From Thermoplasmatota archaeon (GTDB taxonomy: Archaea > Thermoplasmatota > Penumbrarchaeia > Penumbrarchaeales > Penumbrarchaeaceae), in the NCBI GenBank assembly GCA_965234725.1, contig CBDDUX010000027.1:9772-73771 (forward strand): 64,000 nt of DNA, written 5' to 3'. The notes below the pieces were generated by a model. That model was not told the origin of the DNA. It saw only the letters and a list, made by a program, of their open reading frames with translations, and ran no database searches. The translations under genes were made by a program, and so were the position numbers. Of this stretch, positions 10,383-19,965 are shown in pieces (position 1 is the first letter of the stretch; every line of letters starts with the position of its first letter).

Positions 10383-10471
10383 TATGGACCGCCGCTGTTC
10401 TATCTTAGACATACAAACCTTAAATATTCACTCTCACTCTTCCATGGAAAGACAGTATCTGGAGGGGGAAT

Positions 10472-11824
10472 ATGTTAAAACGGAACTCCGGCCACAGATC
10501 CTTCAGTCTATCCATCATGATCCTGCTGATGGTCCTTGTCCTGTTGATCAATGTCCCGGACACCGGATCACAGGGAACTGTAGAGATAGCTCTTGGAGAT
10601 CTCAAAGGCGAGACCAAAATTGACCTGGATAAGGACGGGATCTACGAATCCCTTATTATTGGTATCGAACTGATAGTTTACAAGGGTGGCAAGTACGGAC
10701 TCCATGGATCCATTGGGCAGGGTATAAGTGCCAATGTCGGCCCCGTAGACCTAGGGGTCGGTCCGCATACATTGGAACTATCGTTTTCCGGGGGTCCATT
10801 ATCAGTATCATCTTTATCCGGGCACCTTCTGGTGGATGTCGAGGCTTATTCGACAGATCCGGGTTCTGATACTGTGAAAAGGTCCTACAATACAGATGGT
10901 GACTATTCACCTGAGATGTTCGAGAGCCCCGACGAGGTCTCTTCCACAACAGTATCGATCTCTGGGAAGGAGGTCCTGATGAAGGGAAAGAAGATGGAGG
11001 TCAGGGTTAACATGACCTCACCCATGATATCCTTCTCCTATCCCGAGAGCCTCAGGGATGATACCCTTTCTTCGATCACATATCTGGAGGTCATTGCTTT
11101 CAACGACGTTGATAGTGACGGGAAATGGGACCCGAACAAGGATGATCTCAGATATTCTACGGATCTGTCCGATGTCGATTGGGAGATAAGTACGGATTTC
11201 AGCAGAGGATTCGATATCAAACTTTATGGCCTGCTCCAGCTCAGACTTGCCGGAACACCAACGACAGCAGCTTTTGCAAAGATGACATTCTCACTATCAT
11301 CTGACCATCTTGAAATCGACCCTCCATCACAGAAGTTCGATATCGACCTGGATCTATACCAACCACTGGACGCTGACAGGATCGCTGTTAGGCAGGAACT
11401 GGTCGATGAGACAGGAAAACTGAGTATCATCGAGGGGACCAGCATCGATGAAGATGATCATTCATTGATAGTGATGAAGGGGGATGACAGGCCATACGGG
11501 ACCTATTCCTGGACGGATGACATCGAGGTTGGAGGAGTGGAACTTTCCAATTCCTCTGTTGCCTCCTCATGGTATGAGATCGATGGTGGAAAGGCATCTG
11601 TTTGGTTCTCCTACCCCCTCAAAGGCAACATACAATTGATACATCATGATCCGACACTAAGCATGGACCCGGACCTTCCTCCCATATCCAGTGAGGATGA
11701 TTTCCTGTCAGACAGACCGGTTTTGATGCTCGGGGGAATTGCCCTTGGGATCCTTGTAGTAGGTGGGACCATTTTTTGGAGAAGGATGGGACGTTCCAGG
11801 GATCCTGGAAGAGGGGGTGATTGA
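10472..11824 (+). CDS. Secreted, C-terminally membrane-anchored hypothetical protein
   Basis: N-terminal signal (IMILLMVLVLLINVP), acidic extracellular region, C-terminal TM LMLGGIALGILVVGGTIFW plus basic tail. Confidence 0.6.
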   Translation: MLKRNSGHRSFSLSIMILLMVLVLLINVPDTGSQGTVEIALGDLKGETKIDLDKDGIYESLIIGIELIVYKGGKYGLHGSIGQGISANVGPVDLGVGPHTLELSFSGGPLSVSSLSGHLLVDVEAYSTDPGSDTVKRSYNTDGDYSPEMFESPDEVSSTTVSISGKEVLMKGKKMEVRVNMTSPMISFSYPESLRDDTLSSITYLEVIAFNDVDSDGKWDPNKDDLRYSTDLSDVDWEISTDFSRGFDIKLYGLLQLRLAGTPTTAAFAKMTFSLSSDHLEIDPPSQKFDIDLDLYQPLDADRIAVRQELVDETGKLSIIEGTSIDEDDHSLIVMKGDDRPYGTYSWTDDIEVGGVELSNSSVASSWYEIDGGKASVWFSYPLKGNIQLIHHDPTLSMDPDLPPISSEDDFLSDRPVLMLGGIALGILVVGGTIFWRRMGRSRDPGRGGD

Positions 11825-11851
11825 ATAGATCCTCTCGATATTGCAGCGGCC

Positions 11852-12139
11852 ATGAAGGACCTTTTTGTGGGAATACTGATAGTTCTTTCCGTTGTACTAG
11901 CATTGGTGGGTTATTTTTCATGGTCAAGGACCAGAAGTCCCAGGTTGGCCATGGTCACGGCCGCATTTTGTGTTTTCCTTTTAAAAGGACTCTTCCTTGC
12001 ATTCGGTCTGTATCTCACAGACTGGGTCAGTGTTCCCAAGGATTTCGCGGCTGCTTTCGATCTGATGCTTGTTTCAGACGTCCTCGTTCTCCTGCTGCTC
12101 TATGCCGCATTGTTCAGGAGAAAGAGCAGGATGGCTTGA
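11852..12139 (+). CDS. Small 3-TM membrane protein
   Basis: 95 aa with three hydrophobic helices; placed between the secreted protein and the wHTH regulator in the same orientation. Confidence 0.45.
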   Translation: MKDLFVGILIVLSVVLALVGYFSWSRTRSPRLAMVTAAFCVFLLKGLFLAFGLYLTDWVSVPKDFAAAFDLMLVSDVLVLLLLYAALFRRKSRMA

Positions 12140-12155
12140 CCGGGGTGCTGTCCGG

Positions 12156-12683
12156 ATGAAGGAGGACCCACTGGAACTTGACACCCGCAAGAGAATATAC
12201 TCTCTCGTCGAGTCAACTCCAGGGATACACTTCCGTGAGATATCAAGAAGATTGGACATACCCATGGGAGTCGTGGAATACCACCTTCACTACCTTTTGA
12301 AGAAGGATATGATCATTGCCAAGATGGAAGGGAGGTACAAGCGTTATTACACCGAGGGGAAGGTCGGTTCCAGAGATAAGAAGGTCCTGGCTTTTCTCAG
12401 GAAAGAGGTTCCTAGAAATATAATCATGCATCTCATGCTTGAACCTGGAACAAGACATAAGGACCTCAAGGTCAAGCTTGGGATCTCGGGTTCCACATTG
12501 ACATTTCACCTCAAGAAGATGATCAAGAAGGAGGTGGTAAAGGAAGAAGAGGTCGAAGGTGGGAAAGGCTACTTCGTAGTAGACCCTGAGGCTGTATCAA
12601 GGACCTTGATAGTGTTCAAGAGGTCCTTCATGGACGACCTGGTGGATTCTTTCACAGAGACCTGGTTGGAGATGGATTTGTAA
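12156..12683 (+). CDS. Transcriptional regulator with tandem winged-HTH domains (soluble paralog of the C-terminus of the 1280-aa protein)
   Basis: Start at Met 12156 (MKEDPLELD) directly after the upstream stop; two wHTH units with GRYKRYYT and KGYFVV wing motifs. Confidence 0.7.
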   Translation: MKEDPLELDTRKRIYSLVESTPGIHFREISRRLDIPMGVVEYHLHYLLKKDMIIAKMEGRYKRYYTEGKVGSRDKKVLAFLRKEVPRNIIMHLMLEPGTRHKDLKVKLGISGSTLTFHLKKMIKKEVVKEEEVEGGKGYFVVDPEAVSRTLIVFKRSFMDDLVDSFTETWLEMDL

Positions 12684-12857
12684 GATCCACCCCAATATTC
12701 CCACCTTCAAAAATCAATAACTGAATAATCCTTATACGAAATGTTTATAAACTGACCGATAAAAATTAATTATTTCAAGTGAAATTTATATACTGTTATC
12801 AATAATATTGTCAATGTTTTCGTCGAAACGGAAGATGAGGACACAAATGAATGGGGG

Positions 12858-14402
12858 TTGGATACTATGAAAAAGAACGAAAGAGATAGAAAGCGTCTAG
12901 CTTGGAAGGTAATATTTGGTTGTTCTGCAATAGGGATATTGTTGCTATTATCATTAATTCCATTTGAGATAATTGCAGTTCCACCGGGAAATGTGGATTC
13001 CGGCAATTATGTGGCAGACAATCATGACACACATGTTGCATACTACAATTTCAATGATATTTATACTGATGAAGAAGAAGAATATGTTTGGGACGATTCT
13101 GGAAGAGATAAAAAAGGTTTCCTAAAAAATGGAGTTAGTGCAACACCGGAGAAAGATGATAATATCGACGGTATTGATGCTGCTTTATCCTTTGATGGAA
13201 TAGATCAATATGTTCATGTGGATAGCAGTGGAGATTTCAACATTAGCGGTCGGTATTTTGTGATTTCAGCTTTGATTAAAGCAGATACATGTAATAATCC
13301 TGAGTTGACTATATGTAGTAGGGGGGATTATGGTAATACCGGTTTCATTTTTGGTCTTGAGTCTGGACTACTAACATTTAACGCATGGAATGTTGGACAT
13401 TACTACATTAAGAATACCGGGGGAAATGATCTTCGAGATGATGAGTGGCATTATGTTGCAGTAGAGTTTTTTCAGGGTACGGCACGATTGTATATTGATC
13501 CGTCTGCAGGTAGTTATGGTGAAGTTACATCAGACAATTACAATTTATATCCCGGAAATAGCACAAATCCTTTTTATATTGGGAAAGGTCAAAGTAATAG
13601 TGGTTATTTTAAGGGAGATATAGATTTCGTTTATTTCTATGCTCTCGAGAGTCCTTCTTTCCCTCTTACCCCCTCTCGAGATAGGATGTGGGGCATGGAG
13701 AATGTTGGTTATTGGCCAATGGATGAAGGATTGATAGAGAGTGTTCCTGAAGATCGGAATTTTATAAATGATATGGTAAGATCTGATTTCCATAGTTATG
13801 GTATCGCAGGTGACAACACAGGATTTGCCGGTTCAACTGGTTTCGGAAATAGTGCCCCTGGAACCCATTGTTTGCAGTTTGGTGGTTTGGGTAGCGGTGT
13901 AATGGTTGATGATGAAAATGATTATCTTGATTTCGCCTGTGATCCAGAGGAGGATGATATCTATATTGAATTCTGGGTAATGATCGAAGATTCAGAAGGA
14001 GATATGATGTTAATAGAGAAGTGGGATTGGCTTGAAGAGGACTCTGCAAACGGGTATAGAATATACGTTGATTACGATGGATTAACAGAGACATATGATT
14101 TCAAGTTTGAACTTGCCTGTGATGCTATAACAACACTTACATTATCAGGTTGTGATCCGAATTACTGGTACCATCTTTGGGCTTGGTCTGATGGAGGAAC
14201 TGGAATTATGAATATGTATTATGATGCCCATTTACATCTTTCAGACTCCAGTTCTACTACGAGTACTGATGGAATCGGAGAAACTGATAATAATCTATTT
14301 TTCGCAACAGGTCACCCTCATGATTATGATGAGGATGAGGTTGACTGGGAGCTTGTTGGAAAAATGGATGATGTGGTCATCGGAAGATGTTATCCCGTTT
14401 GA
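12858..14402 (+). CDS. Membrane-anchored LamG/concanavalin A-like lectin domain protein (AT-rich gene)
   Basis: N-terminal TM; LamG-like pattern (FDGIDQYVHVD...FNISGRYFVISALIK...WHYVAVEFFQGTARLYID...FYIGKG...FKGDIDFVYFY); low GC relative to flanks. Confidence 0.6.
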   Translation: MDTMKKNERDRKRLAWKVIFGCSAIGILLLLSLIPFEIIAVPPGNVDSGNYVADNHDTHVAYYNFNDIYTDEEEEYVWDDSGRDKKGFLKNGVSATPEKDDNIDGIDAALSFDGIDQYVHVDSSGDFNISGRYFVISALIKADTCNNPELTICSRGDYGNTGFIFGLESGLLTFNAWNVGHYYIKNTGGNDLRDDEWHYVAVEFFQGTARLYIDPSAGSYGEVTSDNYNLYPGNSTNPFYIGKGQSNSGYFKGDIDFVYFYALESPSFPLTPSRDRMWGMENVGYWPMDEGLIESVPEDRNFINDMVRSDFHSYGIAGDNTGFAGSTGFGNSAPGTHCLQFGGLGSGVMVDDENDYLDFACDPEEDDIYIEFWVMIEDSEGDMMLIEKWDWLEEDSANGYRIYVDYDGLTETYDFKFELACDAITTLTLSGCDPNYWYHLWAWSDGGTGIMNMYYDAHLHLSDSSSTTSTDGIGETDNNLFFATGHPHDYDEDEVDWELVGKMDDVVIGRCYPV

Positions 14403-14584
14403 ACTTTGTCTCAGAAATAGAACAAAATGAATCCTCATTTTATAGAGGATTCAATTCTCTTTTTTCATATAATGTATGTTATATGTTAATAATATGCCAT
14501 ATTATCTCATGCAATGAATAATATTATATATGTAATCTCATCATTATCTAAGTCAATATATAGGATAGGAAAGGAGAAGTCCAC

Positions 14585-17500
14585 ATGAAAAAGGTCACTA
14601 TACCATTACTTGTTTTGCTCTGGATATTATCCTTTAATAACTGTATTAATGGAAATGAGAATAGTAATATAGATAACTTAAAGGAGATTAATCTGGATTT
14701 TATAATAAATGGAGATACGATAATCGTTGACCAAGGAGGTTCCGGTGATTATACACGGATCCAAGATGCGATAAATCATAGCAAAGATGGAGACACAATT
14801 CATGTCTTTTCCGGAAATTATACAGAGTTATTGAATATAAATAGATCTATTACATTAATAGGAATCGGAGATCCTCTTCTCTATCATGTTGAGGAGGGTA
14901 CAACTAATATAATAATCACATCAAATGATGTAAATATAAAAAATATATCGATAGAAAATAAGAATGATGGGGAAAGTCCAAGATCGAATAATATTGTTAT
15001 CGAAAGTTCAAATGTTCTTATTGAAAATATTAATATACTTGGGGATAATGGGATAAAGTCTTTTAATCAAAAAGATACGACTATAACAAAATGCAATTTC
15101 AATTGTAGTGCCTATTCGATTCTATTTTCTAATTCAGAAGATATTTCAATCACACATAATACATTTTCTAATTATTTAGTTCTTAAAAGTGTCATTTACT
15201 TTATTACTTATGATTCAGGAGGTATATCAAGAGATATTTTTATTTCGAACAATACATTTTCTGGGAATTATCAACATTCATCATATTATCTTATAAGTAG
15301 AAATACTTTTGAAGATATATATAATTTAACAATCGCAAATCATTTATTTTCTAATTGTAATAAACCTCTGAGTATTGGAGGTAATAATCTAAGTATCATA
15401 AATAATATTTTTTATCAATGTAATGAAGCACTCGTTATTGGATCTGAAATATGTAATAATATCTTTAGAGATAATGTTGATTGTCGCATATCAGGTAGGA
15501 GTGAAACAAGATTCCATGATAATCTGTTTGAAAACAATACTGGTCAAATCGAAATTTCAGGGACAAGTCCTCGTTTATTCAACAATACGTTCAAGAATAA
15601 CAAGGTAGGACTATATATCGAAGGTGAGGAGAGGGAATGTGTTGTTAATAATAATTTTTTCTACAGGAACACGGTGGGTGTATCCATGGTTGGTGCACCC
15701 AATGCCGTTGTTTGGGGGAACAGATTCATTGATAATGATGTCCAGGCTCAATCTTCAAGCATATCCCACAGATGGTATGGAAGTTATCCAACAGGGGGCA
15801 ATTACTGGTCGGATTATAATGGAGACAAGGATGTGAAGATGGGTCCTCAACAAATGGATTCGGGATCTGATGGTTTCGGAGATACACCATATGTATTGGG
15901 AAATGTCAGAGATATCTATCCGATTTTCATTGATACCATAACTCCAGAAGCAGTAGCAGGACCTGATATGTCGATCGATCTCGGAGAAGCGTTTCACTTT
16001 GATGCGACCGATTCCACGGACGATCAGATGGTAATAGATTTCAAGTGGTCCTTCGAATACGACGGAGAAGAAGTGGTGAGGGACCTTGCCGAGTTCGATT
16101 TCCAGTTTGATATCGCGGGAGTCTATGATTCTGAACTGACAGTATCTGATTTCGCCGGAAATGAGGATACTGATTCATTCACTCTGACAGTGGAGGATAG
16201 GTCTCCTCCGGTGGTTGTAACACAGGGGAACCTCACAGTTAACCAGGGAGAGCTTGCTTATTTCTCAGCCTTGGGTACAACCGACCTCTCTCCGATTTCC
16301 GAATACAAATGGACCTTCCAGCATGAAGGGAAAGAAGAAGTTTTGAAAGGACCGGATGTATCCTTCAGGTTCACTGAGGTTGGAGTACATGAGATACAGT
16401 TGAAGGTGACCGATTCGGAGGGGAATATTGGTTATTCCTATTTCTACGTCACTGTGATCGACACCGAGGATCCTGTTGCGGTTCCAGGACCTGACATCGA
16501 ATTGGAAAACGGTGAGGTTGCCGATTTCTACGGGTCAGGAAGCACAGACAACGATGTGATCGATGTATATTTCTGGACCTTCAAGTATGGAGGAAGGACC
16601 GAGACATTGACGGGAGAAACCACTTCGTTCCTCTTCAACATACCCGGATACTACACCGTTTCTTTGACTGTCACAGATGCGAATGAGAACTCTCATTCGT
16701 CAACTTTGCAGGTAACAGTTCTGGATACAATCGATCCTGAAGCTGTAATTACGGGCAGGACCAAGCTTATGGAAGGAGATTCCCTTTCTCTTGACGGTCT
16801 CTCCTCAACTGACAACGGAAGGATTGTGAAGTATGTCTGGAACTTCACTGATGGAGAAGACAAGATAATCGAAGGTCCTTATCTCAACCACACTTTCGAG
16901 AGGCAGGGTTACATAGATGTCACATTGACAGTATTTGACCAGTGGGATAATTCCAATTCCAAAGTTGTAACTGTTGAGGTCCCGGATACAGAGAGACCGA
17001 AGGCCTCTGCCGGAGATGATATGACCGTGAAGAAAGGCACTACCATCACTCTTGACGGATCCTCATCCACGGATAATGGAGGGATCTCATCTTTCAAATG
17101 GAAATTCGATTACAATGGAGAGGACCAGGTATTGGATGGAAAGATAGTCACCTTCACATTTGATAAAGCGGGTGAATACGAGATAGAATTGACAGTAACA
17201 GATCATTTCCTGAACAGAGGAACAGACAAGATCACGATCAAGGTCTTGGACAACGGAACATTAAGTGGAATCGTCCAGGATGGAGATGGGAAGCCGATAC
17301 AAGGAGCTAAGGTTACTGTAACCGATTCCGATGGGAATGAATACACGGTAATCACAGGGACAGATGGTTCCTTCTTGGTTTCAGTACCAGAAGGACAGGT
17401 TACCTGGAAGATAGAAAAGAGCGGTTACCGATCATTGGAAGGGGCCTCAAGTATCGAGATAATGGAGGATACCGAGCTTTCAAGCTCCGATACAATGATG

Positions 17501-17695
17501 AAGAGATCCGAAAGTGATGGAGGGTCTCCGATCATCCCTATAATCGTTGCATTACTTGCTGTTATTATTCTTGCGGGAGCTATAATTGGATTTATCGTAG
17601 TTAAAAAGGGGTCTGGGAAGGAAAAAACCGTTGATCCCGTTGAGGAACAATCCATGGTGGAACCGGAAAATGAATTCGATGTCAATGATATCTGA
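14585..17695 (+). CDS. Giant surface protein: signal peptide, right-handed parallel beta-helix repeats, about six PKD-like domains, carboxypeptidase-regulatory-like domain, C-terminal TM anchor
   Basis: NosD/pectin-lyase-like repeats (NNIFRDNVDCRISG...HDNLFENNTGQIEISG...NNTFKNNKVGLYIEG); repeated ~85-aa PKD units (AVAGPD...KWSF...TVTD); GTLSGIVQDGDGKPIQGAKVTVTD; TM IIPIIVALLAVIILAGAIIGFIVV. Confidence 0.7.
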   Translation: MKKVTIPLLVLLWILSFNNCINGNENSNIDNLKEINLDFIINGDTIIVDQGGSGDYTRIQDAINHSKDGDTIHVFSGNYTELLNINRSITLIGIGDPLLYHVEEGTTNIIITSNDVNIKNISIENKNDGESPRSNNIVIESSNVLIENINILGDNGIKSFNQKDTTITKCNFNCSAYSILFSNSEDISITHNTFSNYLVLKSVIYFITYDSGGISRDIFISNNTFSGNYQHSSYYLISRNTFEDIYNLTIANHLFSNCNKPLSIGGNNLSIINNIFYQCNEALVIGSEICNNIFRDNVDCRISGRSETRFHDNLFENNTGQIEISGTSPRLFNNTFKNNKVGLYIEGEERECVVNNNFFYRNTVGVSMVGAPNAVVWGNRFIDNDVQAQSSSISHRWYGSYPTGGNYWSDYNGDKDVKMGPQQMDSGSDGFGDTPYVLGNVRDIYPIFIDTITPEAVAGPDMSIDLGEAFHFDATDSTDDQMVIDFKWSFEYDGEEVVRDLAEFDFQFDIAGVYDSELTVSDFAGNEDTDSFTLTVEDRSPPVVVTQGNLTVNQGELAYFSALGTTDLSPISEYKWTFQHEGKEEVLKGPDVSFRFTEVGVHEIQLKVTDSEGNIGYSYFYVTVIDTEDPVAVPGPDIELENGEVADFYGSGSTDNDVIDVYFWTFKYGGRTETLTGETTSFLFNIPGYYTVSLTVTDANENSHSSTLQVTVLDTIDPEAVITGRTKLMEGDSLSLDGLSSTDNGRIVKYVWNFTDGEDKIIEGPYLNHTFERQGYIDVTLTVFDQWDNSNSKVVTVEVPDTERPKASAGDDMTVKKGTTITLDGSSSTDNGGISSFKWKFDYNGEDQVLDGKIVTFTFDKAGEYEIELTVTDHFLNRGTDKITIKVLDNGTLSGIVQDGDGKPIQGAKVTVTDSDGNEYTVITGTDGSFLVSVPEGQVTWKIEKSGYRSLEGASSIEIMEDTELSSSDTMMKRSESDGGSPIIPIIVALLAVIILAGAIIGFIVVKKGSGKEKTVDPVEEQSMVEPENEFDVNDI

Positions 17696-17703
17696 GTTCT
17701 GGA

Positions 17704-18081
17704 CTATCCAATAGTATCCAAAGTCGATCTGTTGATCTCGAGTATATCATCTCTTGAGATGCCAACCATCTTCATGAACCTTGACCAGGTTTCATCGGTC
17801 CAGTAATCGGATAACAATGGATCTCTCCCCAAGCGGGAGATAAAATGACTGGCCATGTCCTTCCCTTCGGTACCTTCAATGGACCTGACCTGGAAAATGG
17901 ACCTGTATGTGGAAGGTCCGATGAAATGACCTATTAATTGGAACACTTCCACACCATCTCTGGATATTGCTATTTCCCAGGGGAATGGTGGGTCTGCTCT
18001 TCGGACCTTCATGGAAAGTCCTGCTTCTTTGTAAATATCAAGGACTATTTGACCAACCTCTGTAAGATTGATCCTGTCCAA
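17704..18081 (-). CDS. Hypothetical protein
   Basis: 125-aa ORF with coding-like composition, no recognisable motif. Confidence 0.35.
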   Translation of the reverse strand: MDRINLTEVGQIVLDIYKEAGLSMKVRRADPPFPWEIAISRDGVEVFQLIGHFIGPSTYRSIFQVRSIEGTEGKDMASHFISRLGRDPLLSDYWTDETWSRFMKMVGISRDDILEINRSTLDTIG

Positions 18082-18186
18082 CCCGTTCTTGGGATCGGAT
18101 ATCGTTCCTTTTCGGAGGGAAGCGTAAGATACGACCGGTCTTACATGGAGAGGTATGACCCAAAGGTCCAGGGTCCCGGTCAGGGT

Positions 18187-19083
18187 TCACCACCTCTCTC
18201 TGAGGTCAACCCCCACCGTATTCGATTGCAATTTTGGAATGGCTAGACTTTGTCTCTTATGGATGGAACCTCTGAGCTGATCTCTGATACGTCTGACAAT
18301 ATCCCTATCCACGGGTGGTTTGAAGTTGGCCCTTGCCAAATCCTCTTCCTTTGCAAGGTCATTATCAATGCTTTCTAAGATCATATCATCAGAAAGTCCC
18401 ATTAGCAGACCACTCAGGACCTGGTCGAGCAGTGGATACGGAATGCCCATCTCTCCTTCATCTGTCTGGTCCTTGATCAGACCGGCACTTGGAGGTCTTT
18501 CCAGGATCCTAGCTGGTACTCCCAGATCTTCAGAGAGAGCCCTTACCTGTGTCTTGAAAAGATCTCCTATGGGATAGATATCTGCTGCTCCATCCCCGTA
18601 TTTGGTGAAATATCCCATCAGAAGCTCGCTTTTGTTCGAGGTCCCTACGACCAGACCGTTGTTGTTATTGGCATAGGTATAGAGGATCAACATCCTGGCC
18701 CTTGCCATGAGATTGCCCTTTGCCATCCCAACAGATTCCAGAGGGACAGAGGATACTATGTCGGTAATATCGATCTCTTCCATTTTAACACCGCAGGAAT
18801 GTGAGGCCATCACCGCATAATCCCTGTCGGGGCCGGAAAGTGAGCCGTATGGTAGGAAGAATGCTTTGATCCTTTCCGGTCCAATGGACCTTTTCAAGAG
18901 TTCGAGGACAAGGGATGAATCAAGCCCTCCTGATAGGCCTATGACTGCATACTTGGCCCCGGCCTGTTCAAATTTGGACTCGATGAACTGGAGGATCATC
19001 TTTTCCGTGTAAGGGATCTCTTTCGGGACGAGCTTCAAAATACCCACCCGTTGCTGGAATGCCCTTTTAATATGAAAAATCAT
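18187..19083 (-). CDS. nadE: NH3-dependent NAD+ synthetase; six-frame ORF extends to 19224 but the conserved N-terminus begins at the Met at 19083
   Basis: PP-loop GLSGGLDSS, NadE-like YTEKMILQFIESKFEQAGAKYAVIGLSGG; the 19084-19224 extension carries a long imperfect hairpin and looks non-coding. Confidence 0.8.
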   Translation of the reverse strand: MIFHIKRAFQQRVGILKLVPKEIPYTEKMILQFIESKFEQAGAKYAVIGLSGGLDSSLVLELLKRSIGPERIKAFFLPYGSLSGPDRDYAVMASHSCGVKMEEIDITDIVSSVPLESVGMAKGNLMARARMLILYTYANNNNGLVVGTSNKSELLMGYFTKYGDGAADIYPIGDLFKTQVRALSEDLGVPARILERPPSAGLIKDQTDEGEMGIPYPLLDQVLSGLLMGLSDDMILESIDNDLAKEEDLARANFKPPVDRDIVRRIRDQLRGSIHKRQSLAIPKLQSNTVGVDLRERW

Positions 19084-19318
19084 CTGATATCCTTCAATAC
19101 TCCAATTCTCGGATTTATCGGAACATGGAAAAAGAATAATATTAACAAAAACCCTTAAGAGTGGATAATCATCAACATAGGATGAGAATTGCATGCGGGT
19201 TTTTTCGTAAGTCTCTCTCGTCAATTCGATGAAGGGACGAGACTTCGAAACCCAGCAAAACAGAGCGTCGATTTAACATCTCTGCTTTGCGGGTGTATGA
19301 AAATCAGAGGTTCTATAT

Positions 19319-19735
19319 TTGATCAATTTTCATACAAAAGTAGATTATAGTCGAATCACCATTCAAGCAGGGATAGGCGTGACCAGCTACACGATCGACA
19401 ATATTATCGCATCCACAAATCTGAACACCAAGCTCAGACTGAAGGAGATCTCCGAGAAACTGGACAACACCGAATATAATCCCGATAACTATCCAGGTGT
19501 CATCTGGAGGCCAAAGAACAGTCTCGGAGTTGTTGTCATCATGGAAGATGGCAGAATAATGTGTACCAATGTCCGTTCGGTTGAAGATGTTGAGAAGATC
19601 TTCGAGACCCTGATCAAGAGGATGGAAGAACTGGCACTTATCACACCAAGATTGGCCTGTCCCAAATGCGGAGCCGTAGTGGATTCCGAGGACGTTGTCT
19701 GTATCGAGTGTGGATATCTGCTCCAGGGCGGATGA
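19319..19735 (+). CDS. Single-repeat TATA-box-binding-protein (TBP) domain protein with C-terminal C4 zinc ribbon
   Basis: One TBP repeat (DNIIASTNLNTKLRLKEISEKLDNTEYNPDNYPGVIWRPKNSLGVVVIMEDGRIMCTNVRSVEDVEKI) aligning to the canonical repeat (NIVAS..L...L.L..I.....EYNPE.FPG.I.R....K...LIF.SGK.V.TGAKS..D); CPKCG...CIECG ribbon. Confidence 0.7.
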   Translation: MINFHTKVDYSRITIQAGIGVTSYTIDNIIASTNLNTKLRLKEISEKLDNTEYNPDNYPGVIWRPKNSLGVVVIMEDGRIMCTNVRSVEDVEKIFETLIKRMEELALITPRLACPKCGAVVDSEDVVCIECGYLLQGG

Positions 19736-19965
19736 ATATGAGAGAACCAAATGTGATAATGGCAAGCATAGGGGATGATCCCCTGACAGAACTTATGGAA
19801 TTGGATTCAATATATTGCTGGTCCAGAAGGATCCATTCCCTCACCTCATTGTTCCAGAAGAAAAAGAAGTCCATCGCACCTTATGTTCTCCTTTTTTTGA
19901 TCATGATCGCAGGTGCGGTCTCCATCGGAGCAGCCATTGCTCTGGCCTATATTTCATTGTCCTGA
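19732..19965 (+). CDS. Small membrane protein, translationally coupled (ATGA) to the TBP-like gene
   Basis: ATG at 19732 overlaps stop 19733-19735; 77 aa with K-rich linker and C-terminal TM (VLLFLIMIAGAVSIGAAIALAYI); ends exactly where the convergent gene ends. Confidence 0.4.
   Translation: MNMREPNVIMASIGDDPLTELMELDSIYCWSRRIHSLTSLFQKKKKSIAPYVLLFLIMIAGAVSIGAAIALAYISLS

Noticed and set aside
12074-12509. Antisense ORFs (63 and 88 aa) opposite the wHTH regulator
   Set aside because: They are nested antisense to a gene with clear domain homology.
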